The notes beneath the pieces were generated by a model, which saw nothing but the letters and a program-made list of their open reading frames with translations, was not told the origin of the DNA and did no database searches. Shown one piece after another: positions 41,444-53,614 of a stretch of DNA of 64,000 nucleotides; the first letter of the stretch is position 1, and each line of letters starts with the position of its first letter. The stretch comes from a bacterium. GTDB lineage: Bacteria; SAR324; NAC60-12. The translations under genes and the position numbers were made by a program. The stretch spans positions 128,001-192,000 of the forward strand of contig CBDBHR010000026.1 in assembly GCA_965205865.1 (NCBI GenBank). The letters run 5' to 3'.

Positions 41444-42389
41444 ACCTAATCCTCGGGTCCAAATAAGAATAGAGCAGGTCGATGAGGAGATTGATCCCCA
41501 CCACCGCGGTGGCGAAAAACAGGTTGACTCCGGAGACCATCGGGTAGTCCCGGTCTTCGAGGGCACTCAGCAAGAGACGACCTAACCCCGGCAGGTTAAA
41601 GAGGTTCTCCATGATAACGGCGCCACCCACCAGGATCGGCAACTGCAGACCGATCAGGGACACCACCGGGATGAGGGCGTTCTTGATGGCGTGCCGTATG
41701 ACGACGACCCGCTCCCTCAGTTCCTTGGACCAAGCCGTCCGGATGTAGTCCTGACGGAGCACCTCCAGCATCATGGTGCGCGTCATCCGCATGGTGGCGG
41801 CCGCCATGGCCGTCCCCAGAATCAGGCTGGGGATGATGAACACCCCCAGATTCCCCAGCGGGTCTTCGGTGAAAGGAATCAGCTCCAGCGGTGGCGCCCA
41901 GCCCCACCAGATGGCTGGGTAGAGCAAGACCATCAGGGCCAGCCAGAAGTTCGGCGTGGCCAAGCCGATGATGGCGAGGGAGCGCCCCGCGTAGTCAGTG
42001 GCCGTATCCTGGCGTATCGCCGAGTAGATGCCAACGGGCAGGGCGATCACCAGCCCAATTACGATTGCCAGGACGCCAAGCTCGATGGTTACCGGCAACC
42101 TACCTATTATTTTCTCCTCTACCGTCCAATCGCTAAGCAGTGAGTTGCCAAGGGTGCCGTGGAGGAAAATACCTCCCATCCAGCGTCCATACTGCACGTA
42201 GACCGGCACGTCTAATCCCAGCTTCTGCTCAAGAGCTTCACGGTCTATTTCCACCCGAAAATGCATTTCAGCCACCATGGTGTCTATGATATCGCCCGGG
42301 ATGAAGCGCACCGAGAGAAAGACCAGGATGCTCAAGATAAACAGGGTGGGGATGATTAGCAATAACCGCCGGATGATATAGGCTCTCAT
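41436..42389 (-). CDS. ABC permease (DppB-like)
   Basis: Intact paralog. Confidence 0.93.
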   Translation of the reverse strand: MRAYIIRRLLLIIPTLFILSILVFLSVRFIPGDIIDTMVAEMHFRVEIDREALEQKLGLDVPVYVQYGRWMGGIFLHGTLGNSLLSDWTVEEKIIGRLPVTIELGVLAIVIGLVIALPVGIYSAIRQDTATDYAGRSLAIIGLATPNFWLALMVLLYPAIWWGWAPPLELIPFTEDPLGNLGVFIIPSLILGTAMAAATMRMTRTMMLEVLRQDYIRTAWSKELRERVVVIRHAIKNALIPVVSLIGLQLPILVGGAVIMENLFNLPGLGRLLLSALEDRDYPMVSGVNLFFATAVVGINLLIDLLYSYLDPRIRYE

Positions 42390-43886
42390 GGAACCCCTAA
42401 TGCCCCATTTCTTTCTTCAGCTCACTATCAATCCAGAGGCGGGCGAAAACCGTCGTCCTCGACATGTTTCCCAGCCCCTCTTCCCCGTTGAATCCTATGA
42501 CCCATGGCTGGATCGCATGAAACAACGGACCTCTCGGACCGAATATGGTATAATGTTGCTCTATTTCGCGTCTATCTACCGCCTGAACCAGCCTCTGCAG
42601 CTCCTCCACGGTGGTAGCGGCTACGGCAGCTTCATAGGTGGCGTCTAATTCCGGGTCGCTGACATTGGAGGGGTTCCATCCTGCTTTCGAGTAGTTTTGG
42701 CCAATGGGGCCGAGAGGCTTCCAGTCGGAGTTGTGATCGCAAGGTATAAAACCTTCATACTTAATTTCTCGCACAATAGCGATGTAAGAATTTCGGTCAT
42801 GTACCTTCACCTCTGCATCAATGCCAATGGCACGCAAGTATTCCATGACGATCTGGTAATAGTCTAAATCGAACCCGTGGTGGTCATGGGTGGTCTTGAA
42901 TCCATTGGGATAGCCTGCTTCAGCCAGCAGTTTTTTCGCAGCCTCCGGGTTATAGCGATAGGATCCCTTGAGCTCTTCGGGCCACTCTTCATAGGGGAAG
43001 TGATACCCCTGAAGCCCTCTCCCGTTACGCCCCGTCGGTGTCGTATTTGCCATCCCCTGGAAGAAGGTCTCATTAATTGTTTCAATGTCGATTGCCATCT
43101 GTATTGCGTGGCGCACCCTGATGTCGTTAAAGGGCGGCTTCTGCACGTTAAAAGTTATAGCCGTCTCGCCACGAGTTGAATATGTCCACAGGTTGAGTTC
43201 GGGGTTGGTCCGCTGGAGGCTCAATGCCTGGTCGACACTAATTAGTTGAGAGTCGCCCGCATAACCGGTGTAATCAGCCTTACCCGAGCGAATTAACGCC
43301 AGAATTGTCGCTTTTTCCTTCAAAATCAGGGCCCTTAACTCGTCAACATAGGGCAGGTGGTTCTCCGGGTACTTTTCGTCGTAGCCCCAGTAGTTAGGAT
43401 TCTTGGTAAAGGTGATAGAGCTGCCTTCGACATAGTCAGTCAGCTCAAAGGGCCCGGTGCCGACCACATTCCTCCAATCCCTAACGTCGCCGTATTGCTC
43501 GACTACCTCGGGGGCCAGTATATAAGTGTAATGATACGTGAGGATATTCTTCAGCGCATCGAGGATTAGCGACTTCAGCTTAAAGACAACCGAATATTTG
43601 TCGGTGGCTTCTACCGATTCAACATTGTAGGTTTGTAAGTTAAGACCTGCGCCAGGGCCAGCTTCGGTGAAGTCGCCCAGTCCCAATATACGCTCAAAGT
43701 TATATTTGATGTCATCGGCAGTTAGCTCCCGACCGTTCATCGGTGCCTTATCATGCCACTTAACGCCCGGGCGGATGTGGACGATAACAGTTAGTGGGTC
43801 GGGTTGCTCCCAGCTTTCAGCCAGATGCCCTCTTATGGCAAATTCAGGGACGTAAATTGTTCTATAGTCAAATAAGTCCCTATCTA

Positions 43887-45717
43887 GATCCTAGCCGAAA
43901 AGGTATTTTTTAGAATTATATCTTTAAACTTGAGGTTAAAAAGTGCCATAATTCATTGAAATAACTGTGAATAACTTCAATATTAAGAATTATGGCACCC
44001 AAAATGAAACCATTCATTCGAGCAGAAAAACATCTTATTTTAAGCGCTCCTGATACAGAATTTGAAAATTTCTTATCAGAACTTGATCAATTGTCTGAGC
44101 GAGAGCCGGAGATATTGGACAAAATTGAACAGGATTTGGAGAAATACGCAAGAAATAAAAAGAAAGAGCGTTTAGAGGATAAACGATGGCAGGAAGCCCG
44201 GAATCCATGGCTTCCTCATCTTCCCGTAGAAGATGAGGAATTGAAGCCGGAAGAACTGAGGCTGGAAATAGGGTGTCCTCGGATGTCGGCTTTTTTAGTC
44301 TACCTTTTTATGATGATTCGGGGATACTTAGGAAGTATCAAATCCCAAACGGCCCAAATATTTCTTTCAGAGTCAATCACACTGCATCTGCTTCTGCTCA
44401 ACCGTGGATTGAAAATGCCGGGAGCGAGTACAATCCTTGATAATGTCAATGCTGTCAGCAACGAGAGCAGACAGTTTATTTTCGATGCTCAAATTCGAAT
44501 GGTTCTCAATGAAGAGTTGGACGATTTTGATATTTTAAAACTGGATAGCACCTCTGTAAAAGGAAATACAGCTTGGCCTACTGATTCGTCGATATTGACT
44601 CGTCTCGTGGAGCGAAGCTACCATCGAGGGCGTTCCCTTGATACATTTGGAATCGCTGAGATCAGTGAAAGAAATTTTGATTTCCTCATCAAGGAGATGA
44701 ATAAGCTCTCTAAGATGATTGCTTTTGAGACAGGTAAAAAGGACAGTAAAACGAAGCGAAAAAAACATTACAAAACCCTATTGAAGAAAGCTCAAAGCGC
44801 TCATGGGAAATTTTTAAAAGAAATGGCAAAGGTGGATATCCGTGCCCAAAAAGCTCTTCTCCCCCCTTCTCGGAAAACGTTTGATTCGCCTCATTGAAAT
44901 GATGAATGAAGATATTTCTAATTTGCAACGGGTAATCATCTACTGTCATCAAAGAGTTTTTGAAGAAAAGAAGGTTCCTTCCACTGAGAAAGTATTGAGT
45001 CTTTCCGATCAGAGCTCGGCTTATATTCAAAAGGGAGATCGAGAAGCGCTTATCGGATATAAGCCTCAATTAGGAAGGAGCGGAAATGGTTTTATTTCCG
45101 TGTTAATTACTCCGGAGGGCAATGCTGCTGATTCAGGGCAACTCGACCCTGCCCTTGTTGAACATTTGCGATGCACCATCACCATTCCCTCTGAAGTGAG
45201 CCTTGATGATGGATATGTCAATCAGGCGATCAGAGAAAAGTGGATGGGCAAAGGCGTTAAGGTTTTTAGTATTAGTGGGGCAAAGGGAAAAAAGATGACC
45301 CCGATTGAAGAATGGGAAAGTGAAATCTATTTGGAATCACGAAATGGAAGATCTGCTGCAGAGTCGTTGATGTTTCATCTTAAGCATCGTTTCCATTTCG
45401 GACAAGTTATGCGCAGAGGGATTGAAAACGTTCGGGCAGAGTTGCTGGAAAAAGCATTAACCTATAATTTTTGCAAAATGATTGAGTTGAAAAAAAGACA
45501 ACTCAAACAAGCGGCCTGAATATTCAATGGGGGAGTGTGAAATATGAGCAGGGGCGAGGAAAGTATGTCCAAAAAAGATTTTTTCCCTATAAAAACTGTG
45601 CTGTGGGCGAATAAAAAACAAAAAAATCGTTTTCTCGTCATATTGAATCAAATAGAGAATCAAATAGAATCAAATTGGTTACATTTACTATTTTCGAAAC
45701 CCTTTTCGGCTAGGGTC
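43887..45717 (+). mobile_element. IS element (ISNCY/IS5-like DDE) with 17-bp TIRs and 6-bp target duplication
   Basis: gatcctagccgaaaagg / ccttttcggctagggtc; TATCTA on both sides. Confidence 0.9.
43992..45519 (+). pseudogene. Transposase, frameshifted near 44870
   Basis: LDSTSVKGNTAWPTDS, SLDDGY, RSAAESLM..LK across two overlapping ORFs. Confidence 0.85.
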
Positions 45718-46034
45718 TATCTAGTCCCCAGTCCACTTTGCCTAGCTTCTCATGAACGCCCGAGATAGTGTGTCCCGCGGGGTAGCTGAAATAGGGGTCA
45801 ATACTCTCAGGGATGAAAGACTTGACGAAGGTGATTCGCCCGCCATATTCAGGTGCACTCACCATTTTTCCGGTGGATGGATCTTTGACCATCTTGGCGG
45901 CCCAGACCTGGCCAGCCATGAAGACGCTTGCTCCCAGGATGAGAGCCAGCAGGGTTGTGCTCAAGGTTGAGCTGCTTTTTTGATTAATTTTTTGATTAAA
46001 CATACGAGATTCTCGTTTTTGATGTTTAAAAATA

Positions 46035-47786
46035 CCCAAATTGAGCGATTCTAAAAAAGGATCAGATTTTCAAGATGATTTTTTTGCCTGAGAAAGGCAA
46101 TCATTCTGAAATCAGATTTTGATCATCAAATCCATGGATGTTTGAGTGAGAATGAGCATCAAAATGCTGTTTTCAGATGTGGAAGGTCTTCATTTCTCAT
46201 GTTTTGGACGCACTTATCCCCTTAAACTTTAATGTTTTTGTTTTTTAATTGAAGCGAAACCCGTTGATCAGATTGGCGCCAATGCGTGCTGGCAGGTGGC
46301 AAATAGTTGGTCCAATTGCAAGCGCTCAAAGGTCTTTTTTGGTATTTTCAAGATCAGTTTTCCGGCATGACGAAGCAGTTTGCCTGCCGTATCAAGAAAC
46401 TGGCGCCGGAAGGTATCAGCATACATCGTTACCGCAATCACTGGCTTGCTGACATCTTCTTTGAAGGATTCGAAGAGGTTATTGCCAAGCAGCATCAGAT
46501 AGTACCATGCGGTATTGGAAATGAAGTCCTTGAAGGGAAGTTGTTGATGACCAAAGTTTTTCAGCGCCCGGTTGGCCAGTTCATCCTTTCCCCGTCCGTG
46601 GTACGAGCCAAGGATGCTATGAGCATCGATGCGCTTTTCTTCAGCGGCTTGGCTGAGTTGGCCATCAATGGCCTCTCCCATACCAAGGTTCGTAATGATC
46701 ACGCCATCATGATCCAAACCCGGCAAAGAGAGTTGGCTATCGTGTTCAATCAAGCGGCTGTAGATCGTGCGACGAGCCTTCTTCCATGTCCCCTGCTGGC
46801 TCTTAAACTCGGTGTACTGCCAGATCTCCTTCTTGCCCGATGAAGTGAAGGTCTGCCAGTCAGTGGCTTCTTCCGCAGCATTCCTCACATTGGCATAGGA
46901 CTTTCCTCCGCTTCAGCTAACCGATGTTCAGTCGTTCACAGGTTTCAAAGATTTTTTCGTCAAAAAAACCGGTGTCCATGCGCACCATGATTGGTACATC
47001 ATCTCGGTATTGGCGGCGAATCCTTTTCACGATATGAACCAGCATATTCTGAACAGTTTTCCCGTGATTCGAATGTTTGCTACCTCCGCGAAAAACTGCG
47101 TCAACCATATAACGACCCCAATTCATCTGCAGGGGATGAAATCCTTTGACCATCTTGTAAGTCGGCTGGACACCATGGCGTTTCAGGGCATCATCATTAT
47201 CAAGTACCATCGAATCCAGACCCAACACAATCACCGTTGGACAAGTCTTCTTCAGTCTCCAGATAAACAGTATCTGCAGCAGATGACGAAACAGGTAGAC
47301 TCGTACAAAAGAGAACTTTCCAAAAAATCTTTTCACGGCATGCGAGGAGGCAAGGTCTTGCTCACTGCATGACAGCAAGGCGGCATAACCCTCGCCCCTT
47401 TTGAGGTGATCGAACCAACTGAGATGACGGCTGCTGCCGTCCATGAAAAAACAGAGGATCTGCGCAAAAAAATCAGAGACAGCAATTCCTTTTTTATTTT
47501 TACGCATCGAACCAAACAACCTTTCGATGATCGGCATCAGCCGAATGCTTTGCAGATACTGGGCAAACAAGGCCAATCCGGCACGACTTGTCAAGTGTTC
47601 ATCGGTTGGCTGAATGGCATCAATTATCTGTTTCTTTTTATCCTGAACTGTTATATTTTTTCCCATAAAGCTCTCTACCTGTTGGGTTGTGTTAGATTTT
47701 GTGAATTTTTTTATTTTAACCACTGAAATATAACACATTTTTCCCAAGGTTGGGAGCTTTTTTTATTACGAATCGCTCAACTTAGG
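46035..47786 (-). mobile_element. IS1380-family element with disrupted transposase (46917-47747 and 46268-46888)
   Basis: TIRs cccaaattgagcgattc / gaatcgctcaacttagg; LTSRAGL, LDS, KGFHPL, RMDTGFF, YHGRGKDEL. Confidence 0.85.
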
Positions 47787-48052
47787 TCACCATTATTCCT
47801 CAGTGGCGAGTGCTTGTGTCATCCTGGACTTAATCCTCGCTCTTCTCTGTGTCAGTCCTTGAAAATACTGTGCAATCTTGCCTTTCTCGGAACGAAAAGC
47901 ATGGGATTCAGAGCGCATCATTTTAAGGACTGATGAGCACTCGGCACGCGTGAGATATGAAAATAATCTGGATTAATTGTCAGTCAATCAATCCAATTAT
48001 TGGAACAATTTTTGTGGTAAGTCAGGAATCTTCAGGATGTTTTTAAGTGCTT

Positions 48053-48264
48053 TTGGTAAATCCCTCCACTCTTCTTGATGTTTTTCCAATTCTTGACCCA
48101 CGAGAGCCGCATCAATTTGAGCAAACCTCTCAACCAAGCTGCTTTTGCCTTTGAGCAATTGGTAAATCCCTCCACTCTTCTTGATGTTTTTCCAATTCTT
48201 GACCCACGAGAGCCGCATCAATTTGAGCAAACCTCTCAACCAAGCTGCTTTTGCCTTTGAGCAA
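48053..48264. repeat. Perfect 106-bp tandem duplication inside a degraded minus-strand ORF
   Basis: ttggtaaatccctcc...gcctttgagcaa twice. Confidence 0.95.
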
Positions 48265-48770
48265 GATGTTCATATATTGATGATTGCTCAGGTTTTGGAT
48301 AAGGGGTGTATTGGCGAGGATCGCTTTAAAGCTTTTCGTCAGTAAGGAATGGTCGCCGCTTTTTTAAACAGATTTCCCGATAACGTGGCTCTCTTCAGCT
48401 CATCGAGATGCTGGCTTAAAGCGCGAAGGGCCTCAGAGCCCAAAATTTTTTAACAAACCATGGGAAAGCAATAAATTTCTGACTTCCTCTCTGGAGATGC
48501 TTATTCCACGCCGACGACAATTTGCTGCAGGATCTCGACCGCGCTCTATGTTTGCCACAACCTCGATTCGGGTTTGATTTTTAAGGTTAAATGTAATGGT
48601 TCATCTGCTATACCCTTCGGTGTCATTTTCCACATTCGTTCAGAATGACACAGCTTTGAGTGGGTAACAAGCTATCGAAGCAATCCAGTTAAAAACCAAC
48701 ACTAAGAGAATATTTCAGTAGCCAAGCGCTCATGTCGCGCGATTGAACGCCTAATAATCTTTTAAGCGAA

Positions 48771-49109
48771 TCAAGATTTCTCCGGTCCTTGCCAGCCAAA
48801 TTTTGCAAAATCGACGCTTTGGTGGCGGTCAAAACGGACTCCTTCCTCTTCCAGTAATTCCCGCTGCAGGATGCTCCCGTGGCCGCTGCTCCGCGGGCTG
48901 ATTTTACCTTCGCTGTTGATAACTCGCTGCCAAGGCACATCCGATTCCCAGGGAGTGGCGGACATGGCATACCCGACCATCCGCGCCGCGCATCCTCCCA
49001 CAATACCGGCAATCTGACCGTAAGTGGCCACTTGTCCATAAGGAACTTGACGGACCACTGCGTAGACACGTTCGTATAGATGAATGGATTTTGAAGATTT
49101 GGTGGGCAT
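48771..49109 (-). CDS. Alkyltransferase-like (ATL/YbaZ-type) MGMT-family protein
   Basis: VPYGQVATYGQIA, ARMVG, PWQRV (Trp in place of the catalytic Cys), LLEEEGV. Confidence 0.88.
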   Translation of the reverse strand: MPTKSSKSIHLYERVYAVVRQVPYGQVATYGQIAGIVGGCAARMVGYAMSATPWESDVPWQRVINSEGKISPRSSGHGSILQRELLEEEGVRFDRHQSVDFAKFGWQGPEKS

Positions 49110-49131
49110 TTAAAGATAGACAAAATGCCGG

Positions 49132-50298
49132 TCAATAGGATTTAGGCAGCCCCAGCGCTTTTTCGGCAATAAAACAAAGGATCAGCTGCGGACTGATAGG
49201 CGCGATACGACAGATCATGATTTCCCGCATTAGCCGCTCCACGTGAAATTCCTTGGCGTATCCCATTCCACCATGAGTCATCACCGCTTGCGCGCAGGCT
49301 TTGAAACCTGCCTCCGCTCCCAGATACTTGCCAGCATTGGCTTGCAAACCACAGGCTTGCTGACTGTCATACAAACTGGCTGCCTGCATGGCCATCAAAT
49401 AGGCGGCTTCGAGTTCCATCCAGGATTCTGCCAGAGGATGCTGAATAGCTTGATTCTTGCCAATTGGCCGTCCAAAAACAACTCGCCTTGCAGCATAGTT
49501 CGCGGCGCGGGTCAGAGCGTTTTGTCCAATGCCAACTGCTTCAATGCCGACAAGAATTCTTTCAGGGTTCAAGCTATGAAGGATGTATTGGAATCCTTGT
49601 CCCTCTTCACCAATCAAATCACCGGCAGGGACAGGCAAATCCTCAATAAAAAGTTCATTGGAATCAACCGCCTTACGTCCCATTTTTTCGATTCTCCGGA
49701 TGTCGACATAGTCGCGATCGAGGTTTGTATAAAACAAGCTGAGTCCCGCAACGCGCCGGGAACTGTTCTCTCGAGGGGTGGTGCGGGCCAGCAGCATGAT
49801 TTTATCCGCTTCCTGGGCCGTGGTTGTCCAGATTTTAGATCCTCTGACGCGATAGTGGTTTCCCGTTTTAACGGCCCGGGTTTCGATCGCAGCGGTTTCC
49901 AAGCCCACATTGGGTTCAGTTACTGCAAAACACACTTTGACATTTCCCCGGATCAAATCGGGCAACCACTTTTGCTGTTGCGCCTTAGTGCCAAAAACCA
50001 GAATGGGGTGAGGGCCAAAGAGGTTGATATGGATTGCGGAAGCGGCGCTCATAGCCCCGGAACTGCGCGCCACCTGATGCATCATCAAGGCGGCTTCCGT
50101 AACTCCCAGGTTGGCGCCGCCAAATTCCTCGGGCATCGTTATCCCCAGCCATCCCCCTTGAGCCATGGCCTGGTAGAAGTCTTCAGGGAAATCACCCTTT
50201 GTGTCTTTTTCCAGCCAATATTCGTCGTCAAAATTTGCGCATGTTTCTGCAACATGATCGCAAATGGCTTTTTGTTCGGGGGTCAGTGAAAAATCCAT
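49132..50298 (-). CDS. Acyl-CoA dehydrogenase
   Basis: FAVTEPNVG, GSKIWTT, FGRPIGKNQAIQH, THGGMGY. Confidence 0.95.
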   Translation of the reverse strand: MDFSLTPEQKAICDHVAETCANFDDEYWLEKDTKGDFPEDFYQAMAQGGWLGITMPEEFGGANLGVTEAALMMHQVARSSGAMSAASAIHINLFGPHPILVFGTKAQQQKWLPDLIRGNVKVCFAVTEPNVGLETAAIETRAVKTGNHYRVRGSKIWTTTAQEADKIMLLARTTPRENSSRRVAGLSLFYTNLDRDYVDIRRIEKMGRKAVDSNELFIEDLPVPAGDLIGEEGQGFQYILHSLNPERILVGIEAVGIGQNALTRAANYAARRVVFGRPIGKNQAIQHPLAESWMELEAAYLMAMQAASLYDSQQACGLQANAGKYLGAEAGFKACAQAVMTHGGMGYAKEFHVERLMREIMICRIAPISPQLILCFIAEKALGLPKSY

Positions 50299-50313
50299 CG
50301 TGCTCCCTGAATT

Positions 50314-51447
50314 TCACGGATAAGCCAGTTGGACATAACGCTCCATGTGAAAGCTGTCGTCGCCGAACATTGTATTGATCATGGATACTCGCTTGAAATA
50401 ATGCCCCACATCCAATTCATCAGTCATGCCAATTCCTCCGTGGATCTGAATCGCATTTTGCCCGATAAAACGAATGGCTTTTCCCAATTGGACTTTGAAA
50501 GCAGCAATGGCTTGTGCCACTTGTTCTCCCTCATCGACCTTCATGGCTGCCATGTAGAGCATGGACTTCACCTGCGCATATTCGATGAACATTTCAGCCA
50601 TGATCATCCGCAGGGATTGGAATTTCCCAATAGGCTGGTTGAATTGCACCCTGATTTTACTGTACTCCACTGTCTTCTTATAAAGCATTTCCAAAGCGCC
50701 CACTGCTTCTGCCCCCAGTGCAACAATCGCTTCATGGACCACATTTTCCAACAGGGGGAGCCCTTTTCCTTCCTCGCCAATGAGATTGTCAGCACTCACT
50801 CTGACCTGATCAAAGCGGATATCGGCTGCTTTGAATCCGTCCACGGTACGCAGGGGAGTTTTTGAAATTCCGGGAGTATCGGCATCCAGGTGAAAGATCG
50901 AAATTCCCTCTTGCTCTCTTTGTTCTCCTCCCGTTCGGGCCACGACCAACAACCTGTCTGCCACATGTCCCCCCAGCACGAATATTTTTTCACCATCGAG
51001 CAAGTAATCAGAACCTGCTTTGCCGGCAGTCGTATTGACATCAAATAGATCATAACGACTTTGGATTTCAGAGAAGGCGACGGCATAGATCCGACTGCCT
51101 GCAATGATTGCTGGAATATGATCAGCTTTCTGCGTAGCATGTGCGCCTTTTCTGAAAAATCCACCTGCAAAAACCACGGAAGAAAAATAGGGTTCTACAA
51201 GAATGCCTTTGCCGAACTCCTCCATAATGGCCATAATATCGACAGCAGTGCCGCCATAGCCCCCTTCTTCCTCAGAAAATGGCACACTGTTCCAATCCAG
51301 ATCTGCAAACGTTTTCCAGTGCCGACGACTGAGTCCTTCCTCGGATTCCACAATTTTGCCGCGTGTGGCAAAGTCATATTCATTTTTTATAAAATTACTG
51401 ACACTTTGTTTCAGCAAGATTTGTTCTTCCGTAAATGTAAAATCCAT
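50314..51447 (-). CDS. Acyl-CoA dehydrogenase (small-subunit/PimD-like)
   Basis: MDFTFTEEQ, RVQFNQPIGKFQ, QIHGGIGMTDE. Confidence 0.92.
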   Translation of the reverse strand: MDFTFTEEQILLKQSVSNFIKNEYDFATRGKIVESEEGLSRRHWKTFADLDWNSVPFSEEEGGYGGTAVDIMAIMEEFGKGILVEPYFSSVVFAGGFFRKGAHATQKADHIPAIIAGSRIYAVAFSEIQSRYDLFDVNTTAGKAGSDYLLDGEKIFVLGGHVADRLLVVARTGGEQREQEGISIFHLDADTPGISKTPLRTVDGFKAADIRFDQVRVSADNLIGEEGKGLPLLENVVHEAIVALGAEAVGALEMLYKKTVEYSKIRVQFNQPIGKFQSLRMIMAEMFIEYAQVKSMLYMAAMKVDEGEQVAQAIAAFKVQLGKAIRFIGQNAIQIHGGIGMTDELDVGHYFKRVSMINTMFGDDSFHMERYVQLAYP

Positions 51448-51515
51448 CTCATTCCCTTCAATAGTATACTGTGTCCGGGACGACAAACGAGGCGAACGAA
51501 TGGTGTTGCCCTTCG

Positions 51516-52700
51516 TTATAGTCCCAAGACGGCCTTGGCAATGATTCCTTTTTGTATTTGAGTGGAACCCGCGTAGATCGTGGTTTTTCTCATATCAAAA
51601 TACACCTGAGCCGCCGACTCGTCGCCATTGTTAAGCGCTTCCTTGTTCCCTGAAAGAGGATCATTGAAAATAAAACCGCCATAGCAGGCCGCATCCAGGC
51701 GCAACTCCGTCAATTTTTGCTGGATTTCCGTTCCTCTGATTTTCAAAATGGAAGACTCTGCTCCGGGTGCTCCACCAGTGGCAACTTGGGAAAGAATTCT
51801 CAAATAGGTATATTCCAAAGCCATCAATTCAATTTCAACCTCAGCTACCTTTTTTTTGTAAGAAGGGTCTTCCATCAGGTTCCCGTTGCCAGTCGGTGTT
51901 TTGGCTGCCGAAACCCTTATTTTCTCCAAATGGCGTTTCGAAACGGCGACTTCTCCCTGCATTGTTCTTTCATGGGTGAGCAAATACTTGGCATAGGTCC
52001 AGCCCTTGTTTTCTTCGCCAACCAGGTTTTCCACGGGAACTCTCACGTTGTCGAAATAAACTTCATTCACTTCTTGTCCCCCATCCATCAATTTGATCGG
52101 GCGGACTTCAATTCCCGACGATTGCATGTCAATCAACAAAAAAGAGATCCCCAGCTGATTTTTAACCTGGGGATCGGTCCGCACCAGGCAGAAAATCCAA
52201 TCGGCATACTGGGCATAAGTCGTCCAGGTTTTCTGGCCATTGACGACGTAATAGTCGCCATCACGGATTGCTCTGGTTTTCAAGGACGCCAGATCCGATC
52301 CCGCCCCTGGTTCGGAATAGCCCTGGCACCACCAGACGTTGCTTTCCAAAATATCAGGTAAAAACCGTTTTTTTTGCGCATCATTGCCAAAAGCGATGAT
52401 GACGGGCGCCACCAATTCCAAACCAAATGGTACCAACCTCGGCGCATCATGTTTAGCCTGTTCCTCAGCAAAAATTGCTTTTTGGGTCACCGTCCAACCG
52501 GTCCCGCCATATTCGACAGGCCAATTAATACCCGCCCATCCTTTTTTAGCCAACGTCTTTTGCCAGAGAATCTGGTCTTCTTTATAAATTGGTGATCCCT
52601 TTTCCAGTTTCTCTTTCAATTCCCCAGGCAACTCGTGCGCAAAAAAATGCTGCGCCTCTTCTCGAAAATTCATATCTTCTTTGCTGTAATTCACGTCCAT
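51516..52700 (-). CDS. Acyl-CoA dehydrogenase (large-subunit/PimC-like)
   Basis: WWCQGYSEPGAGSDLASL, NGQKTWTT, TIYAGSTQIQK. Confidence 0.93.
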   Translation of the reverse strand: MDVNYSKEDMNFREEAQHFFAHELPGELKEKLEKGSPIYKEDQILWQKTLAKKGWAGINWPVEYGGTGWTVTQKAIFAEEQAKHDAPRLVPFGLELVAPVIIAFGNDAQKKRFLPDILESNVWWCQGYSEPGAGSDLASLKTRAIRDGDYYVVNGQKTWTTYAQYADWIFCLVRTDPQVKNQLGISFLLIDMQSSGIEVRPIKLMDGGQEVNEVYFDNVRVPVENLVGEENKGWTYAKYLLTHERTMQGEVAVSKRHLEKIRVSAAKTPTGNGNLMEDPSYKKKVAEVEIELMALEYTYLRILSQVATGGAPGAESSILKIRGTEIQQKLTELRLDAACYGGFIFNDPLSGNKEALNNGDESAAQVYFDMRKTTIYAGSTQIQKGIIAKAVLGL

Positions 52701-53069
52701 TGTTTCTCCTTCTCAATGAATGGTGGAACGCGCGTCCATGATCTCGAGTTGACTGATTCGATAGGTGCTCCAACTACTCTCAGTCTTCTCAGGAGGGTAA
52801 TAACTTACGGGAATCCGCATTGCGCAGGATTCATAAGGCTATGGTCAGTTAATAGTAAAAAAGCAGGTCGAAGACAAGTCCATATTCACACCAGGCGAAT
52901 TGTTCGCCATTTCTTTTTTTGAAAAACTGAAAAAAAATTGTTTTTCTGGCAAAACTCGTTTATACATCATGTAGTCCAACGACAAAACAGATCGTTGAGC
53001 ATCTGTTGAGTCGGCTCTTCAAATCATTGTGATTTGTAAGTCAGTTAAAACTTCATTCAGGAGAAAAAC

Positions 53070-53528
53070 ATGCGATATTATATTGGTGGAATGTTGATCT
53101 TTCTTGCTTTATTATTCGCGTTTCCGCTACAAGCGGCGGATGACAACAAAGCGGTGATGACTTATCGCAACAGAGTGATGGGCGGCATCGGCTCCAACAT
53201 GGGATCCATCTCGGATATCCTCAAGGAGAAAGTTTCTTACGGCAGTATGTTGGTTCATTACGCCAGAGCCTTGCATGAACAGTCACAAACCATCGTGACG
53301 GTTTTCACGCAGGACACCCGTGGCACTGATAAAAGAACGCGCGCCAAAGATGAGATTTGGGAAAATTGGGCCGATTTCGAGATGGCCGCCAATGCGCTTG
53401 TAGAGGCCGGTGCTCAACTCGTTGCTGCAGCTGAATCCGGCGACATGGCACAAATCGGGAATGCTGTGAAAGTCCTGGGCGGTGCCTGTGGCGACTGCCA
53501 TAAACCTTTCCGAGCCCCAAGTCGCTGA
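53070..53528 (+). CDS. Cytochrome c' (class II cytochrome c)
   Basis: Signal peptide, AKDEIWENWADF, C-terminal CGDCH. Confidence 0.92.
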   Translation: MRYYIGGMLIFLALLFAFPLQAADDNKAVMTYRNRVMGGIGSNMGSISDILKEKVSYGSMLVHYARALHEQSQTIVTVFTQDTRGTDKRTRAKDEIWENWADFEMAANALVEAGAQLVAAAESGDMAQIGNAVKVLGGACGDCHKPFRAPSR

Positions 53529-53614
53529 CTCCTCGCACAGTTCAATTATAGTTTTTGGGCATCGGGTGGCAGAAAAAATTTGCTACTTTCAAGGGCTTTC
53601 TTTCTTTTCTTGTA

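Larger units (their letters stand above)
42397..46003 (-). pseudogene. SBP family 5 gene split by IS insertion (parts 45718-46003 and 42397-43886)
   Basis: Removing the IS and one TATCTA restores ...DWGLDRDLFDYRT... Confidence 0.9.

Noticed and set aside
44842-44897. Programmed -1 frameshift in the transposase
   Set aside because: The downstream ORF is in the +1 frame and no canonical slippery heptamer is evident; mutation or sequencing error is more likely
49243-50289. 348-aa + strand ORF
   Set aside because: Antisense shadow of the acyl-CoA dehydrogenase
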